NCBI GenBank assembly: GCA_963740315.1
Contig: CAVUDP010000002.1
Span: 1,344,001-1,408,000, forward strand
From: an uncultured cyanobacterium
Lineage (GTDB): Bacteria; Cyanobacteriota; Cyanobacteriia; Cyanobacteriales; Nostocaceae
Direction of reading: 5' to 3'
Length of the DNA stretch: 64,000 bases
Shown here: in pieces, positions 9,538-21,254 of the stretch
Layout of the letters: every line of letters starts with the position of its first letter
Numbering within the stretch: position 1 is the first letter of the stretch
Position numbers and translations under genes: made by a program
The notes under the pieces: generated by a model
The model's database searches: none
Seen by the model: the letters and a program-made list of their open reading frames with translations, nothing else
What the model was told of the DNA's origin: nothing

Positions 9538-11088
9538 ATGAAAGATACAAACGATCGTAATTTAATACGTACTATATTTAGCGATAAAAAATATCGACCA
9601 ATTCTGGTTTCTGCTGCATTATTTTTAACTTTTAACTTAGGAGTTTTGATTCCTACCTTTATTTTTTCAACTTTGCTAAAGAAAGATGCAGTTAGTATCA
9701 ATTTGGCAGGAAGGCAAAGAATGCTTTCTCAGAAAATAACAAAATCGCTATTAGAACTAAAAAACCAACAGGAAGCCGGTAATTCTTTTAAGCAGTCTCA
9801 AGCAGAATTAAATCAGGCTTATAAACTATTTGATGATGCTTTAGATGGTTTTCAACGAGGAAAAAATATTAAGGGTGCTGATGGCGAATCTGTATATTTA
9901 AATGCAGTAGAACGAGAGAAAGAAAGACAAATTATCGAAGAAGCTTTAAAAATATGGAACCCTTATAAAGAAAAGCTCCAGCCGATTTTAAAAACAAATA
10001 AATTAGTTGAATTCAAAGATTTAGAAGCTGCTGTTGCATATGCCAGAGCAAATAATCTTAAGCTTCTCGATTTAATGAACCAGTTAACTATCGAACAGGA
10101 AAAAGTTGCTCAAACAAAAAGTGGATATTTGCAATTTATTCAGCTTGTAGGAATAGCTTTAGCTTTAGCAAACTTTTTTGTTTTATTATCCCGTAGCTTT
10201 AAACGCTTGCAAATATCGGATCAAGAACTTGAAACAGCTAATGCAGAAATTCTTCAACTTAACGAACGCTTGCAAGCTGATAATATCCGTTTAAAGTCTG
10301 AATTGGATGCTACCAGACGCTTACAGCAAATGATTCTACCCAAGTCTTCGGAATTGGAGTCTGTTAAGGGATTAGATATTGCTGGATATATGGAACCTGC
10401 GGATGAAGTTGGTGGTGATTATTATGATGTTCTCAACCTTGATGGAAAAATAAAAATTGGTATTGGCGATGTAACCGGGCATGGTTTGGAAAGTGGAATG
10501 CTGATGTTGATGGTGCAAACTGCTGTTCGTACTTTACAAGAAGTTGAGGAAACCAATCCGGTAAGGTTTATGGATGTGTTAAACCGCACCATTTACAAAA
10601 ATATTCAGCGGATGGATTCCGGTAAAAATCTTACTTTGTCTCTAATCGACTACAGCGACGGCGAACTTAACTTAACCGGACAACATGAGGAGGTGATAAT
10701 AGTACGTAGTAATGGTGAAATGGAAATATTAGATACTACTGACTTGGGTTTTCCTATCGGTTTAGATGATGAAATTGCCGATTTTGTTGGGCAGCAAAAA
10801 ATACACCTAGAAATTGGTGATGTAGCAGTACTTTTCACTGACGGCATTACCGAAGCTGAAGACATTCATAGAAACCTTTACGGAATTGAAAAGCTTTGCG
10901 AAGTTATCAAACAAAACCGACATTTGAGCGCTGCTGGAATTAAAGATGCCGTAATTGAAGATGTGCGATCGCATATTGGTTTACAAGAGGTATTTGATGA
11001 TATCACGCTGTTGGTATTGAAGCAGAAAGCTACAGATTCTACTTTAAATCTGTGGGAGTCTGAGAATTTAGAAATGGTTGGCATTTAA
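9538..11088 (+). CDS. Membrane SpoIIE/RsbU-type PP2C phosphatase with PilJ/NarX-like sensor domain
   Basis: TM - INLAGRQRMLSQK sensor - TM - coiled coil - PP2C motifs VGGDYYD, IGDVTGHG, FTDGITE, DDITL. Confidence 0.88.
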   Translation: MKDTNDRNLIRTIFSDKKYRPILVSAALFLTFNLGVLIPTFIFSTLLKKDAVSINLAGRQRMLSQKITKSLLELKNQQEAGNSFKQSQAELNQAYKLFDDALDGFQRGKNIKGADGESVYLNAVEREKERQIIEEALKIWNPYKEKLQPILKTNKLVEFKDLEAAVAYARANNLKLLDLMNQLTIEQEKVAQTKSGYLQFIQLVGIALALANFFVLLSRSFKRLQISDQELETANAEILQLNERLQADNIRLKSELDATRRLQQMILPKSSELESVKGLDIAGYMEPADEVGGDYYDVLNLDGKIKIGIGDVTGHGLESGMLMLMVQTAVRTLQEVEETNPVRFMDVLNRTIYKNIQRMDSGKNLTLSLIDYSDGELNLTGQHEEVIIVRSNGEMEILDTTDLGFPIGLDDEIADFVGQQKIHLEIGDVAVLFTDGITEAEDIHRNLYGIEKLCEVIKQNRHLSAAGIKDAVIEDVRSHIGLQEVFDDITLLVLKQKATDSTLNLWESENLEMVGI

Positions 11089-11220
11089 CAGTTATTAATT
11101 ATCAATTATCAATTATAAGTAATCAGTTAACTTGCTATTAGCCCCACCGATCGACTATTTGCTGTTAGCTGATTTAAGGATATTCATCGACAACAATTTA
11201 TCAGAGAGGAAAATATCGCG

Positions 11221-12189
11221 GTGGTGCAAGTATTTGGTGACTTCGTTGAGTCAACGCAAAAAAAAGAAAACTTAACTTTAGGATTCTCTGCTTCTGCAAT
11301 ACCAATTCAGGAGCGTTGGCGTAATAACGGTTTATCTGCCGATTATATTGCTGAATACCTGACAACTATATTAAATGCTGATGAAAATGAATCAGTTGAG
11401 GAAGAGTATTTAGCTCAAATCAAAAGTTCGGCTAGCTACATTGCTAATGAATTACTTGAAAACGGGATGAAATATTGCAGCGAACAAACACATCATCCCA
11501 TAACTTTTCATATAGAATTAGCAGCTAACGAAATCAGATTTTTCTTAGAAAATACGGTTATACCTGCAAATGCGGAAAAGTTAAAAAATTTTATTAAAGA
11601 ATTAAATAATTCCGATCCAGATGAATTTTACATTCGCCAGTTAGAAAAAAGTGCGTCAGATGATAAGACAGATAACATTAGTTCTGGACTGGGTTTTTTA
11701 AGCATAATTAATGACTATTCTGCTAAATTGGGCTGGAAGTTCCAAACTTTAGAGCAAAATCCGTTGTTGATGAGTGTTACTACTTTAGTGCGTTTTATGG
11801 TACAACAAACCGAACAGCCACAACAAAATAATATTAGCGAACCGATAGAAATTAACGGCGAAAATTTTAAGATTTTTTACGATCGCAATAGTAAGGTTCT
11901 TAACTTTACTGGTAGAGTTCGGCTTCGAGGATTGCAAGAGTATACCGTTGTTTTTGATTTGTTCGATAAGGTAATAGAAATAAACGCAAATTCAATAACT
12001 TTGAATATACAACATCTTGAACTTATAAATAGTTCGGGAATCGATATGCTATCAAAATTTATTATTACCACCCGCAAAAAAAAGACGGTTCAGATAAACA
12101 TTATTGGTTCTAACGCTTTGACTTGGCAAGCCAGATTATTAAAGAATTTGCAGCGATTAATGCCTAGCTTAAAATATGAATTGAAATAA
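11221..12189 (+). CDS. Fusion of slr1658-like kinase and slr1659-like STAS domain
   Basis: The N-terminal two-thirds are paralogous to 8349-8984 (RWRNNGLSADY, ANELLENGMKY, SSGLGFL). The C-terminal third is paralogous to 9036-9380 (INSSG, WQ...KNLQRLMP). Confidence 0.85.
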   Translation: MVQVFGDFVESTQKKENLTLGFSASAIPIQERWRNNGLSADYIAEYLTTILNADENESVEEEYLAQIKSSASYIANELLENGMKYCSEQTHHPITFHIELAANEIRFFLENTVIPANAEKLKNFIKELNNSDPDEFYIRQLEKSASDDKTDNISSGLGFLSIINDYSAKLGWKFQTLEQNPLLMSVTTLVRFMVQQTEQPQQNNISEPIEINGENFKIFYDRNSKVLNFTGRVRLRGLQEYTVVFDLFDKVIEINANSITLNIQHLELINSSGIDMLSKFIITTRKKKTVQINIIGSNALTWQARLLKNLQRLMPSLKYELK

Positions 12190-12192
12190 GAA

Positions 12193-12510
12193 GGGAGTAG
12201 GGAGTAGGGAGTAGGGAGTAGTTAGGAGTTAGGAGTACTTCGACAAGCTCAGTAACCGTATAGGAGTTAGGAGTTATGAGTTAGGAGTTATGAGTTATGA
12301 GTTAGGAGTTATGAGTTTAAATATCTCCTTGTCCCCTTGTCCCCCCATCTCCCCCATCTCCCCATCTCCCCATCCCCCCCGCTCGCCGCACGCTCCGCGT
12401 GAACGGGTTCGGCAGTTCGCTCAACGGTCGTGTTCCTCCGCACGCGACTGCTCTCACCATCTCCCCATCCCCCCCTCTCCCCCTCTCCCCCATCTCCTCA
12501 TCCCCTACCT
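12193..12510. repeat. Composite STRR arrays with embedded short dispersed repeats
   Basis: GGGAGTA, GAGTTAG and CCCCATCT arrays, with ACTTCGACAAGCTCAGTAACC (about 12237) and a GC-rich insert at 12378-12457. Confidence 0.8.
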
Positions 12511-12513
12511 AAT

Positions 12514-12551
12514 AAAAAACTCCCCCTTAGAGATGCAAAGGAGGAGTTTTT
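12514..12551. terminator. Bidirectional intrinsic terminator between the fusion gene and the atp epsilon gene
   Basis: AAAAAACTCCCCCTT...AAGGAGGAGTTTTT hairpin with A/T tails between convergent genes. Confidence 0.7.
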
Positions 12552-12577
12552 GATTTCAAATCTAAATAACTTGATAC

Positions 12578-12991
12578 TTAAACCATACCGCCAGCGGCTT
12601 GAAAGCGAGCGCGGGCGCGTTTGTAGGTTTTAGTTGCTTTGATTTGGGCTTGTCTGTCGCCTTGCGCTACCTGATTCAAACGAGTTTGAGCTTCGTTAAA
12701 AGCACTACGGGCTTCTTCAAGGTCAATTGAATCACCTTTTTCGGCAGCGTTGACCAAAATTGTGACTTCATCTTCATCGACTTCTGCAAAGCCACCTGAA
12801 AGTGCGATCGATACCCAATTTTGATTATTGTCGGCACGCACTCGCATTACACCTGTATCGAGGGCGCTTAACATTGGTGCGTGTCCGCTAAGTATACCAA
12901 GTTGTCCGGTAGTGCTTGGTAAAACGACTTCCTGAGCCGTTGAATCCCAGACTGTTTTATCTGGGGAGATTACACGAACGGTTAATGTCAT
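12578..12991 (-). CDS. atpC: ATP synthase F1 epsilon subunit
   Basis: [16 protein letters not shown]...[14 protein letters not shown]; lies downstream of beta (called atpE in cyanobacterial nomenclature). Confidence 0.97.
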   Translation of the reverse strand: MTLTVRVISPDKTVWDSTAQEVVLPSTTGQLGILSGHAPMLSALDTGVMRVRADNNQNWVSIALSGGFAEVDEDEVTILVNAAEKGDSIDLEEARSAFNEAQTRLNQVAQGDRQAQIKATKTYKRARARFQAAGGMV

Positions 12992-13069
12992 AATTGCTAG
13001 TTGTTAGTAGATAGTTGGCGCGTTGTTAGTTGGCGCGTTGTAGTCATTTCAAGTAGAAAAATCTGGTTA

Positions 13070-13190
13070 GTAGTGCGACCATCTTGGTCGCTTGCTACTA
13101 CCATCTTGGTCGCTTGCTACTACCATCTTGGTCGCTTGCTACTACCATCTTGGTCGCTGGCTAATAGGGAGCAAGATGCGAACACTAACT
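13070..13190. repeat. 22-bp tandem repeat x4 (ACCATCTTGGTCGCTTGCTACT) within a REP-like element
   Basis: Copies at 13078, 13100, 13122 and 13144; related arm AGCGAGCAAGATGCTCGCACTAC at 50038-50060. Confidence 0.85.
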
Positions 13191-13220
13191 ACTAACCACG
13201 CTCCAACTAACAACTAACCT

Positions 13221-14684
<1,464 letters not shown>

Positions 14685-15544
14685 TTACGAAGCTATATTT
14701 TTACTCTTAGAGACGTAGAGACCTTAAGATTAACTCATCTCATCTTCAAGATTAGCACCGAACGACACTATTATTGGGCAAAAATTGAAAGCGGAAGGAG
14801 TAGGGAGTAGAAAGTTGCGAGTAGAAAGTCACGACTAGGAAATATATAAATAATTTTTGTTTGATTTGATTAGTTACCGATTTGATGTTTGTGAACCCGA
14901 TCGCCTTTTCTAAGATCAAAATTATACCAGGGGGCAACCCCAAAAATCTAAGTAACGCGATCGCAGACATTAATGTACTTAATAAGGGAGTTGGGAGTTG
15001 GGAGTTGGGAGTAGAGGAATGTACAAAGCTGCAACTTGCCGAACTGCTGTAGGTACTCAAAAACCAAAAAATTAGAAATATATATTCGCAATACCAAAGA
15101 AAATAGCCCCCTTTGCTATATCTCAAAGAGGGCATACGCCATGCCATTTCACTTACTGTTTACAAACACATCCTAAAGATAGGATTCCGCAAATCTAAAT
15201 CGTTTAAAATTATTTTGTCAAAGTATATTATTTTCTATTTAATTAATTACTCCTATTTCTGTTCTAATATTACTGGAACGAGGGAGTAGAAAGCAGGAAG
15301 TCAACCCGCCCTAATAAGGATTTCGCAATGTTAACAGCCGTAAAAAAGCGCCAGGTAAAGTAATAAGAAGGAACTTTACAAACATCCTCTAAACAATTCG
15401 TAAATATTAATAAACCCGCTTTCTTAAACAAAAAAACCGGGTTTTAAAATATTAATTATCGCGGCTCTAAATCCAAAATACAGCTATATTTCTTATTATC
15501 GCTGCGAAAGTGTCCAATATCCAGCTAAAATAATCCAATAACGC

Positions 15545-16426
15545 TTATTTTTTTTCCATTTCCAAAAGTTCGGGGATAGTTACGAAGCTATAACCCTGCT
15601 GTTTTAATTTAGCAATTATAGTCGGTAAAGCCTGGATTGTTCGAGTGCGATCGCCACCACCATCGTGCAGTAATACAATCCCGCCGGGACGTGCATTTTT
15701 TAACACGGTATTCACCATAGTAGCAGGTGCAGGTCTTTGGAAGTCGCGAGAATCAGCAGACCACATCAAAGTTGCATATTTTTTATTTTTAGCATGAGCA
15801 ACCAAACCATTACTTAAATGTCCTCCTGGTGGACGAAATAAGTTTGTTTTAACTCCCGTCACCTTATAAATTAATTCCGTTGTTTTATCAATTTCAAAAG
15901 CAGCAGCTTGAGGATTCATAAAATGATACCAATGGTGCCAAGTATGATTGGCGATCGCATGACCTTCATCTACAATCTGCTTTCCTAACTGAGGATTATT
16001 TTGCAGCGCATTACCAACGACAAAAAATGTTGCCTTGATATTATTTTTTTTCAATATATCTAATGTTTGTCTAGTGGTCTTTTTCCAAGGTCCATCATCA
16101 AAGGTTAAAGCGATAACTTTTTTATTTGCAGCGGGTTTAATTTCATAAATTACTTTCCCATTAAAGCTAGCTGGCGCAGCCGAAAGTAAGCTTTGTCTTT
16201 TTAATTGTTCGTTCAATGTCGCTTCCATTGCAGCTTGAAATCCTGTGAAGCGCAGAGCATTATCTACTTCGGCATTGATAATTTTTATTTTCGGTTTATT
16301 TATGCCTAATAAAGAAGATACATTTAAATTTCCAGGCATTATTAAACTCAAACTCAAAGTACCAACGAACAAAAGTAAGGCAATAAAAATTTTATGCGGT
16401 AGAAAATAAATTTTTCTGTTTTCCAC
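15545..16426 (-). CDS. NodB-type polysaccharide deacetylase with N-terminal TM segment
   Basis: ALTFDDGP, HTWHH, FRPPGG and LLHDGG motifs. Confidence 0.9.
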   Translation of the reverse strand: MENRKIYFLPHKIFIALLLFVGTLSLSLIMPGNLNVSSLLGINKPKIKIINAEVDNALRFTGFQAAMEATLNEQLKRQSLLSAAPASFNGKVIYEIKPAANKKVIALTFDDGPWKKTTRQTLDILKKNNIKATFFVVGNALQNNPQLGKQIVDEGHAIANHTWHHWYHFMNPQAAAFEIDKTTELIYKVTGVKTNLFRPPGGHLSNGLVAHAKNKKYATLMWSADSRDFQRPAPATMVNTVLKNARPGGIVLLHDGGGDRTRTIQALPTIIAKLKQQGYSFVTIPELLEMEKK

Positions 16427-17606
16427 TTGATATTTCTCTCAATAATATAATTTTGCTTAGATAGATACCGCATTATTAAAAGTTAATATATCTAATTTGT
16501 AACCCAAACAATCATGCTTGGGCTATTCGGTAGATTTTTAACCTTACCGAACCACAAATTTTTACATAGACTAAGACTATTAAGTTAAGGTTGATAGTTT
16601 AGTGCGAATTTACTTGTATATCCCGGCAATAAATCTAAAAATAATAAAACATAAATCGCCAGTTTTTTCTAATAGTTTTAATTACTAGAAAATAAATTTT
16701 AACTTCTAGGTCAATATATTGTAATGTCTGCCGAACAGCTTTCACTACAAATTTAAATCCTTATAAATGCTCCCGTCGAAAAATATTATTTAAATATAAA
16801 TTAAACTTCACAAACAAAATTTAGTCATAACTGTAGGTTAATAATTTACCCACTATTACAATAGTAATATCCGCTTTGACAAAAAGATATAATCGCGAAT
16901 ACCATTAGCATAAAATATATTTAAAAGTCAATAATACGGCACATGATTTATATGGCTTTATTGTACTTTCCTACCAATTGCCAGTAGATGTTATTGATGC
17001 TTTAACTTAATCCAAAATTTAGTTTCATTTATATTATCCACCCTGGTATTCGTACTTTCCGCATAAATTTTAATTAATTTTTTTTGTAAATCATGTAATT
17101 TAAATTACTTATCTTTATCAATCAACGAATCAAAATACAATTAAAAAAACTTTCTTCAAATAATATTATCTTTGTAAGCGATAACCCATACCGTTGAGTG
17201 TTTCAATCAATTCGCTGCTTAATTAATGAAAATCTAGTACTACATTACCTACATAAAAAAGCATTTCTTCTCTAGCTTAAGATACTTGACTATTTTGCAA
17301 CTTTAGCTTCATAGGAGTCAGCAATTCTTCTAGAATGGTTTCGTCATATAGTTACAGCATCGACTTCAGGTCTTACCTTCTACAAAAGTAAATAAAAAAT
17401 AATCGGTGTATACCATCCTCAAGATAGATAATTTATAAAACTTGTATGCATTTAAAAATTTTCTTATCATGATAAATATAGATTCAGATTGTTCGCAGTT
17501 GAATCTAATGGTTCTAATTCTATAAAGCTTGAACTTTCCCTCTTTAGTTAAATAAAGCATTTTTATAGAGCCAAACATTATTGTTCGTTTAGCAACACAA
17601 GTAATT

Positions 17607-18431
17607 ATGGATTTATCGTCAGCGCGGCAATTTTTTGATCGCGAGATTCAACAGCCTGACGAGTATATTGACTTAGCAAAAGCAGCTTTGTACATTGCTC
17701 AAGAAGAATATTCGGAACTGGACATAGATGAATATCTAAATGCACTTGATACAATGGCAGTCGAATTAGAAGAACGTTTGCCATCAGAAAATTATCCCTT
17801 AAAGATTATTCAGTGCATTAACAAATATCTTTATGATGACCTAAAGTTTACAGGTAATAATCAAAATTACTACGATCCGCAAAACAGTTTTTTAAATGAT
17901 GTAATCGAACGCCGAGTTGGAATTCCGATTACATTAGCACTAATTTATATAGAAATTGCCCGTCGCATTGATTTCCCGATGATAGGTATAGGAATGCCGG
18001 GACACTTTCTGATTCGTCCAGATATTTCAGAAGTTGAAATTTTCGTCGATGCTTTTAACAATGGCGAAATACTGTTTCCCCAAGACTGTGAGGAACGTCT
18101 AAGTCAAATTTATCAGCAAAACGTAACATTGCAACCAGAATTTTTGGCACCAGTCACTAAAAAGCAGTATTTAGGAAGAATGTTGACTAACCTGAAATAT
18201 ATTTATCTCAAACAACAGGAATTAGAAAAAGCTTTATCCTGTGTCGAGCGAATTTTACTATTGTTTCCCAGTGCAACATTAGAAATACGCGATCGCGGTT
18301 TATTATCCTATCAAATCGGACGCTTCAATCAAGCTTCAGTTGACTTACAAGCCTATCTACAACAAGTTCCCGACGCGCAAGATGCAAATACCATTCGGCA
18401 CTTACTCATGAAAATGGGCAATAATCAGTGA
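17607..18431 (+). CDS. SirB1-family transglutaminase-like/TPR protein
   Basis: YYDPQNSFLNDVIERRVGIPITL, GMPGHFL, RDRGLL. Confidence 0.85.
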   Translation: MDLSSARQFFDREIQQPDEYIDLAKAALYIAQEEYSELDIDEYLNALDTMAVELEERLPSENYPLKIIQCINKYLYDDLKFTGNNQNYYDPQNSFLNDVIERRVGIPITLALIYIEIARRIDFPMIGIGMPGHFLIRPDISEVEIFVDAFNNGEILFPQDCEERLSQIYQQNVTLQPEFLAPVTKKQYLGRMLTNLKYIYLKQQELEKALSCVERILLLFPSATLEIRDRGLLSYQIGRFNQASVDLQAYLQQVPDAQDANTIRHLLMKMGNNQ

Positions 18432-18550
18432 ACAATTATCAATGGGCATGGGGCATGGGGCATGGGGCATGGGGCATAGGTAAATATTCTTAACTCTTAA
18501 CTCCTAACTTTTCCCCATCTCCCCATCTCCCCATCTCCCCATCTCCTCCT

Positions 18551-18997
18551 CTACTTAAGGCTCTCTGCGACACGCTTAAGACGATGCAATTGTGCTTGCA
18601 TATCATTCTTTGTAAATTTTTCGGCGAAGTTTTTAAAACCCCAACTTATTAAGGGGTTAGGAATCTCAAATTCAAAACGATTTACTAAACGAGTTCCATT
18701 ATCTATTGGTTGACATTCCCAGCGATCGCGTCCTTTAAAAAAACCGTCAAACTGCCAGACTACCAAACCTGGTTGCCTCATCGCAACTGTACTAATTAAT
18801 GTAGGTTTTATTACTGGTATTTGAATAATAAATTTGCTTTTACTACCCACTTCTGTACTCCAATCCCCTATTGGTTCGCAGCACAAAGCGGGATTTAACC
18901 ATTGATGCATTAAAACACGGTCTGTGATACATTGTTCTACTACTGCGGATGTAGCATTAATATCAACCGATTGCTCAAAAACTTCTTTATGAGGCAT
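18551..18997 (-). CDS. SRPBCC (polyketide cyclase/dehydrase-like) protein
   Basis: 148-aa START-like conserved cyanobacterial ORF (LMHQWLNP, GFFKGRDRWEC). Confidence 0.7.
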   Translation of the reverse strand: MPHKEVFEQSVDINATSAVVEQCITDRVLMHQWLNPALCCEPIGDWSTEVGSKSKFIIQIPVIKPTLISTVAMRQPGLVVWQFDGFFKGRDRWECQPIDNGTRLVNRFEFEIPNPLISWGFKNFAEKFTKNDMQAQLHRLKRVAESLK

Positions 18998-19338
18998 TTC
19001 AATTTAATCTAATCTCAGCATTCAGATTAACGCAAAACAGGCAGATATTAGCAAGCGCATCTGCAATAGTGCAAAGTATTTGATATCCGTTCATGTATAT
19101 GCAAATACATCTAATTCAGTAGTTGTCAAATATTTTAATTAGTTTTTTAGCAAAAGCATCAATAAAAATAAAAAAAGTAAAAATTATCCTTGATATAAAT
19201 TATTTGTAAGATTTACTGGTAAATTAAGTTGCAAAACATAAACGAAGTTGTCAGGGTATGGTATTGTTTCAGGCAATCTACTACCTTATCATCTAAGGTG
19301 TTTTTCGCAATAACAGTAAACTTTAAAACTGGAAAACC

Positions 19339-20982
19339 ATGATTTCAACTTGGCAAGATATAACCCAAGTAGCGGGTGCTGATTTGTCAATAAGGATAGG
19401 GACAATTTTGGCACAATCGCGTCTTCCACAAGACGGAGCCAGAGAAGTTCAAAATGTATTTGAGAATGCTATTGGACAAATCATAGACTTATTACCTCGC
19501 TTGCTGGGTGCAGTTCTGATTTTGCTCCTTGGCTATCTGGTTGCTTTATTAGCTAAAGCTATAGTCCAAGGGCTGCTCAATCGGACTAACATCGATAACC
19601 GTATTGCTTCTGGATTAACAGGTAGTGACTCTATCCAAGTCGAGAAATTCATTGGTAGCTTGGTTTTTTGGACTATTCTGCTGATTACGGTAGTTGCGGT
19701 TTTAGATACCTTGCAGCTAAGGGTAGCTTCCGAGCCGTTGAATGCTTTTCTCAATCAAATTGGGGAATTCTTACCTAAGTTATTGGGAGCAGGCATCCTC
19801 TTGGGAGTGGCTTGGGTTGTAGCGACTCTGGTCAAAACTTTGGTGGTAAATGCTCTCAATGCTTTTAACGTAGACGAGCGTTTAAACGCACAGCAAGATC
19901 CAGCCACTGCCGATAGCAACCAACTTTCTATTGCACAGACTATTGGTACTGCTCTTTACTGGTTCATCTTCTTACTCTTCTTGATGCCAGTCTTAGATAC
20001 TTTGGGCTTGCAAGAGGCTTTAGGACCTGTAAACATCCTAGTATCGGAAATTTTGGCAATTTTGCCGAATATCTTAGCTGCGGTAATTATCGGCGTAGTT
20101 GGCTGGTTTGCGGCTAATATTATTCGTCGGATTGTAACTAACTTGCTTGCTACAACTGGAATCGACCATTTAGGAAGTCGATTTGGACTTTCGCAAAATT
20201 CAACTGGACAATCTTTATCTTCGATAATAGGTACGATTGTCTACGTTTTAATTTTGATTCCTGTAGCGATCGCGGCGCTTAATGCTTTACAAATTCAGGC
20301 TATTTCGGTACCTGCAATTGTAATGCTGCAACAGATTCTCAATGCTATACCTTTAATCTTCACTGCTGCGGCAATTCTAGCTGTTGCCTATTTCTTAGGA
20401 AGATTTGTATCGGAATTGGTAACAAGCATTCTTACCAGCATCGGTTTCAACAATATTTTCTCCATTCTGGGTTTACCCGCACCTGCTAGAAGAGAAGTAT
20501 ATGACGCGACTGGAGAACAAGTTCCTTCAGCAACATCACGCACCCCCTCAGAAATTGTTGGCATCATTGCCTTTATTGGCATTATGCTTTTTGCTGCGAT
20601 CTCCGCGATTGATATCCTGAATATTCCAGCTTTGACAGCACTGGTAACAGGTATCACGATTATTTTGGGACGGATTTTAGCTGGAATGGTAGTATTTGCT
20701 GTTGGTTTATTCTTAGCAAATTTAGCATTCAGCATCATTACAAGTTCGGGTAATGCTCAAGCGAGAATTTTAGGTCAGATAGCAAGAATAGCCATCATCG
20801 CCTTAGTTTCGGCGATGGCACTGCAACAAATCGGCATTGCTCCCGATATTGTCAACTTAGCTTTTGGTTTGTTATTGGGTGCTTTAGCAGTCGCTCTTGC
20901 CCTATCTTTCGGACTCGGTTCTCGCGATATTGCTAAATCTCAAGTACAGCAATGGGTAAATTCTTTTAAGAACAAAAGCTAG
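19339..20982 (+). CDS. TM-helix repeat membrane protein (mechanosensitive channel/CmpX-like)
   Basis: Repeated LP.L..A..I..G TM units; C-terminal AFGLLLGALAVALALSFGLG. Confidence 0.75.
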   Translation: MISTWQDITQVAGADLSIRIGTILAQSRLPQDGAREVQNVFENAIGQIIDLLPRLLGAVLILLLGYLVALLAKAIVQGLLNRTNIDNRIASGLTGSDSIQVEKFIGSLVFWTILLITVVAVLDTLQLRVASEPLNAFLNQIGEFLPKLLGAGILLGVAWVVATLVKTLVVNALNAFNVDERLNAQQDPATADSNQLSIAQTIGTALYWFIFLLFLMPVLDTLGLQEALGPVNILVSEILAILPNILAAVIIGVVGWFAANIIRRIVTNLLATTGIDHLGSRFGLSQNSTGQSLSSIIGTIVYVLILIPVAIAALNALQIQAISVPAIVMLQQILNAIPLIFTAAAILAVAYFLGRFVSELVTSILTSIGFNNIFSILGLPAPARREVYDATGEQVPSATSRTPSEIVGIIAFIGIMLFAAISAIDILNIPALTALVTGITIILGRILAGMVVFAVGLFLANLAFSIITSSGNAQARILGQIARIAIIALVSAMALQQIGIAPDIVNLAFGLLLGALAVALALSFGLGSRDIAKSQVQQWVNSFKNKS

Positions 20983-21173
20983 AAAGAATTAAGTCTGAAG
21001 TTTGAAGAATGAAGAATGAAATCACTAGGAAATAATTTATTGTTCCCTATTTCCTGTTTCCTGTTCTTCCTATCTCTTGTAGATTGAAGACTTTCATCCT
21101 TCATCTTTCAAACTACTTGCTTGAAAGTTGTTAGTTGTTAGTGGTTAGTGGTTAGTTGTTAGTTGTTAGTTGT

Positions 21174-21227
21174 TAGGTGATATAAGCAGCCCTCTTACCT
21201 TAGGTGATATAAGCAGCCCTCTTACCT
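21174..21227. repeat. Exact 27-bp tandem duplication TAGGTGATATAAGCAGCCCTCTTACCT
   Basis: Two identical copies, 21174-21200 and 21201-21227, between STRR arrays. Confidence 0.9.
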
Positions 21228-21254
21228 ACTCCCTACTCCCTACTCCCTATTCCC

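Noticed and set aside
13078..13165. Possible CRISPR array
   Set aside because: Repeats abut with no spacers and no cas genes are present.
14752..14780. TTAGCAC as a CIRCE element upstream of atp beta
   Set aside because: The right arm (GAGTGCTAA) is absent and there is no groESL nearby.
14752..15147. 131-aa minus-strand ORF
   Set aside because: Crosses STRR repeats, has no recognisable motif and overlaps the promoter region.
17366..17578. 70-aa ORF in the AT-rich spacer
   Set aside because: No motif, and its composition is typical of a chance ORF.
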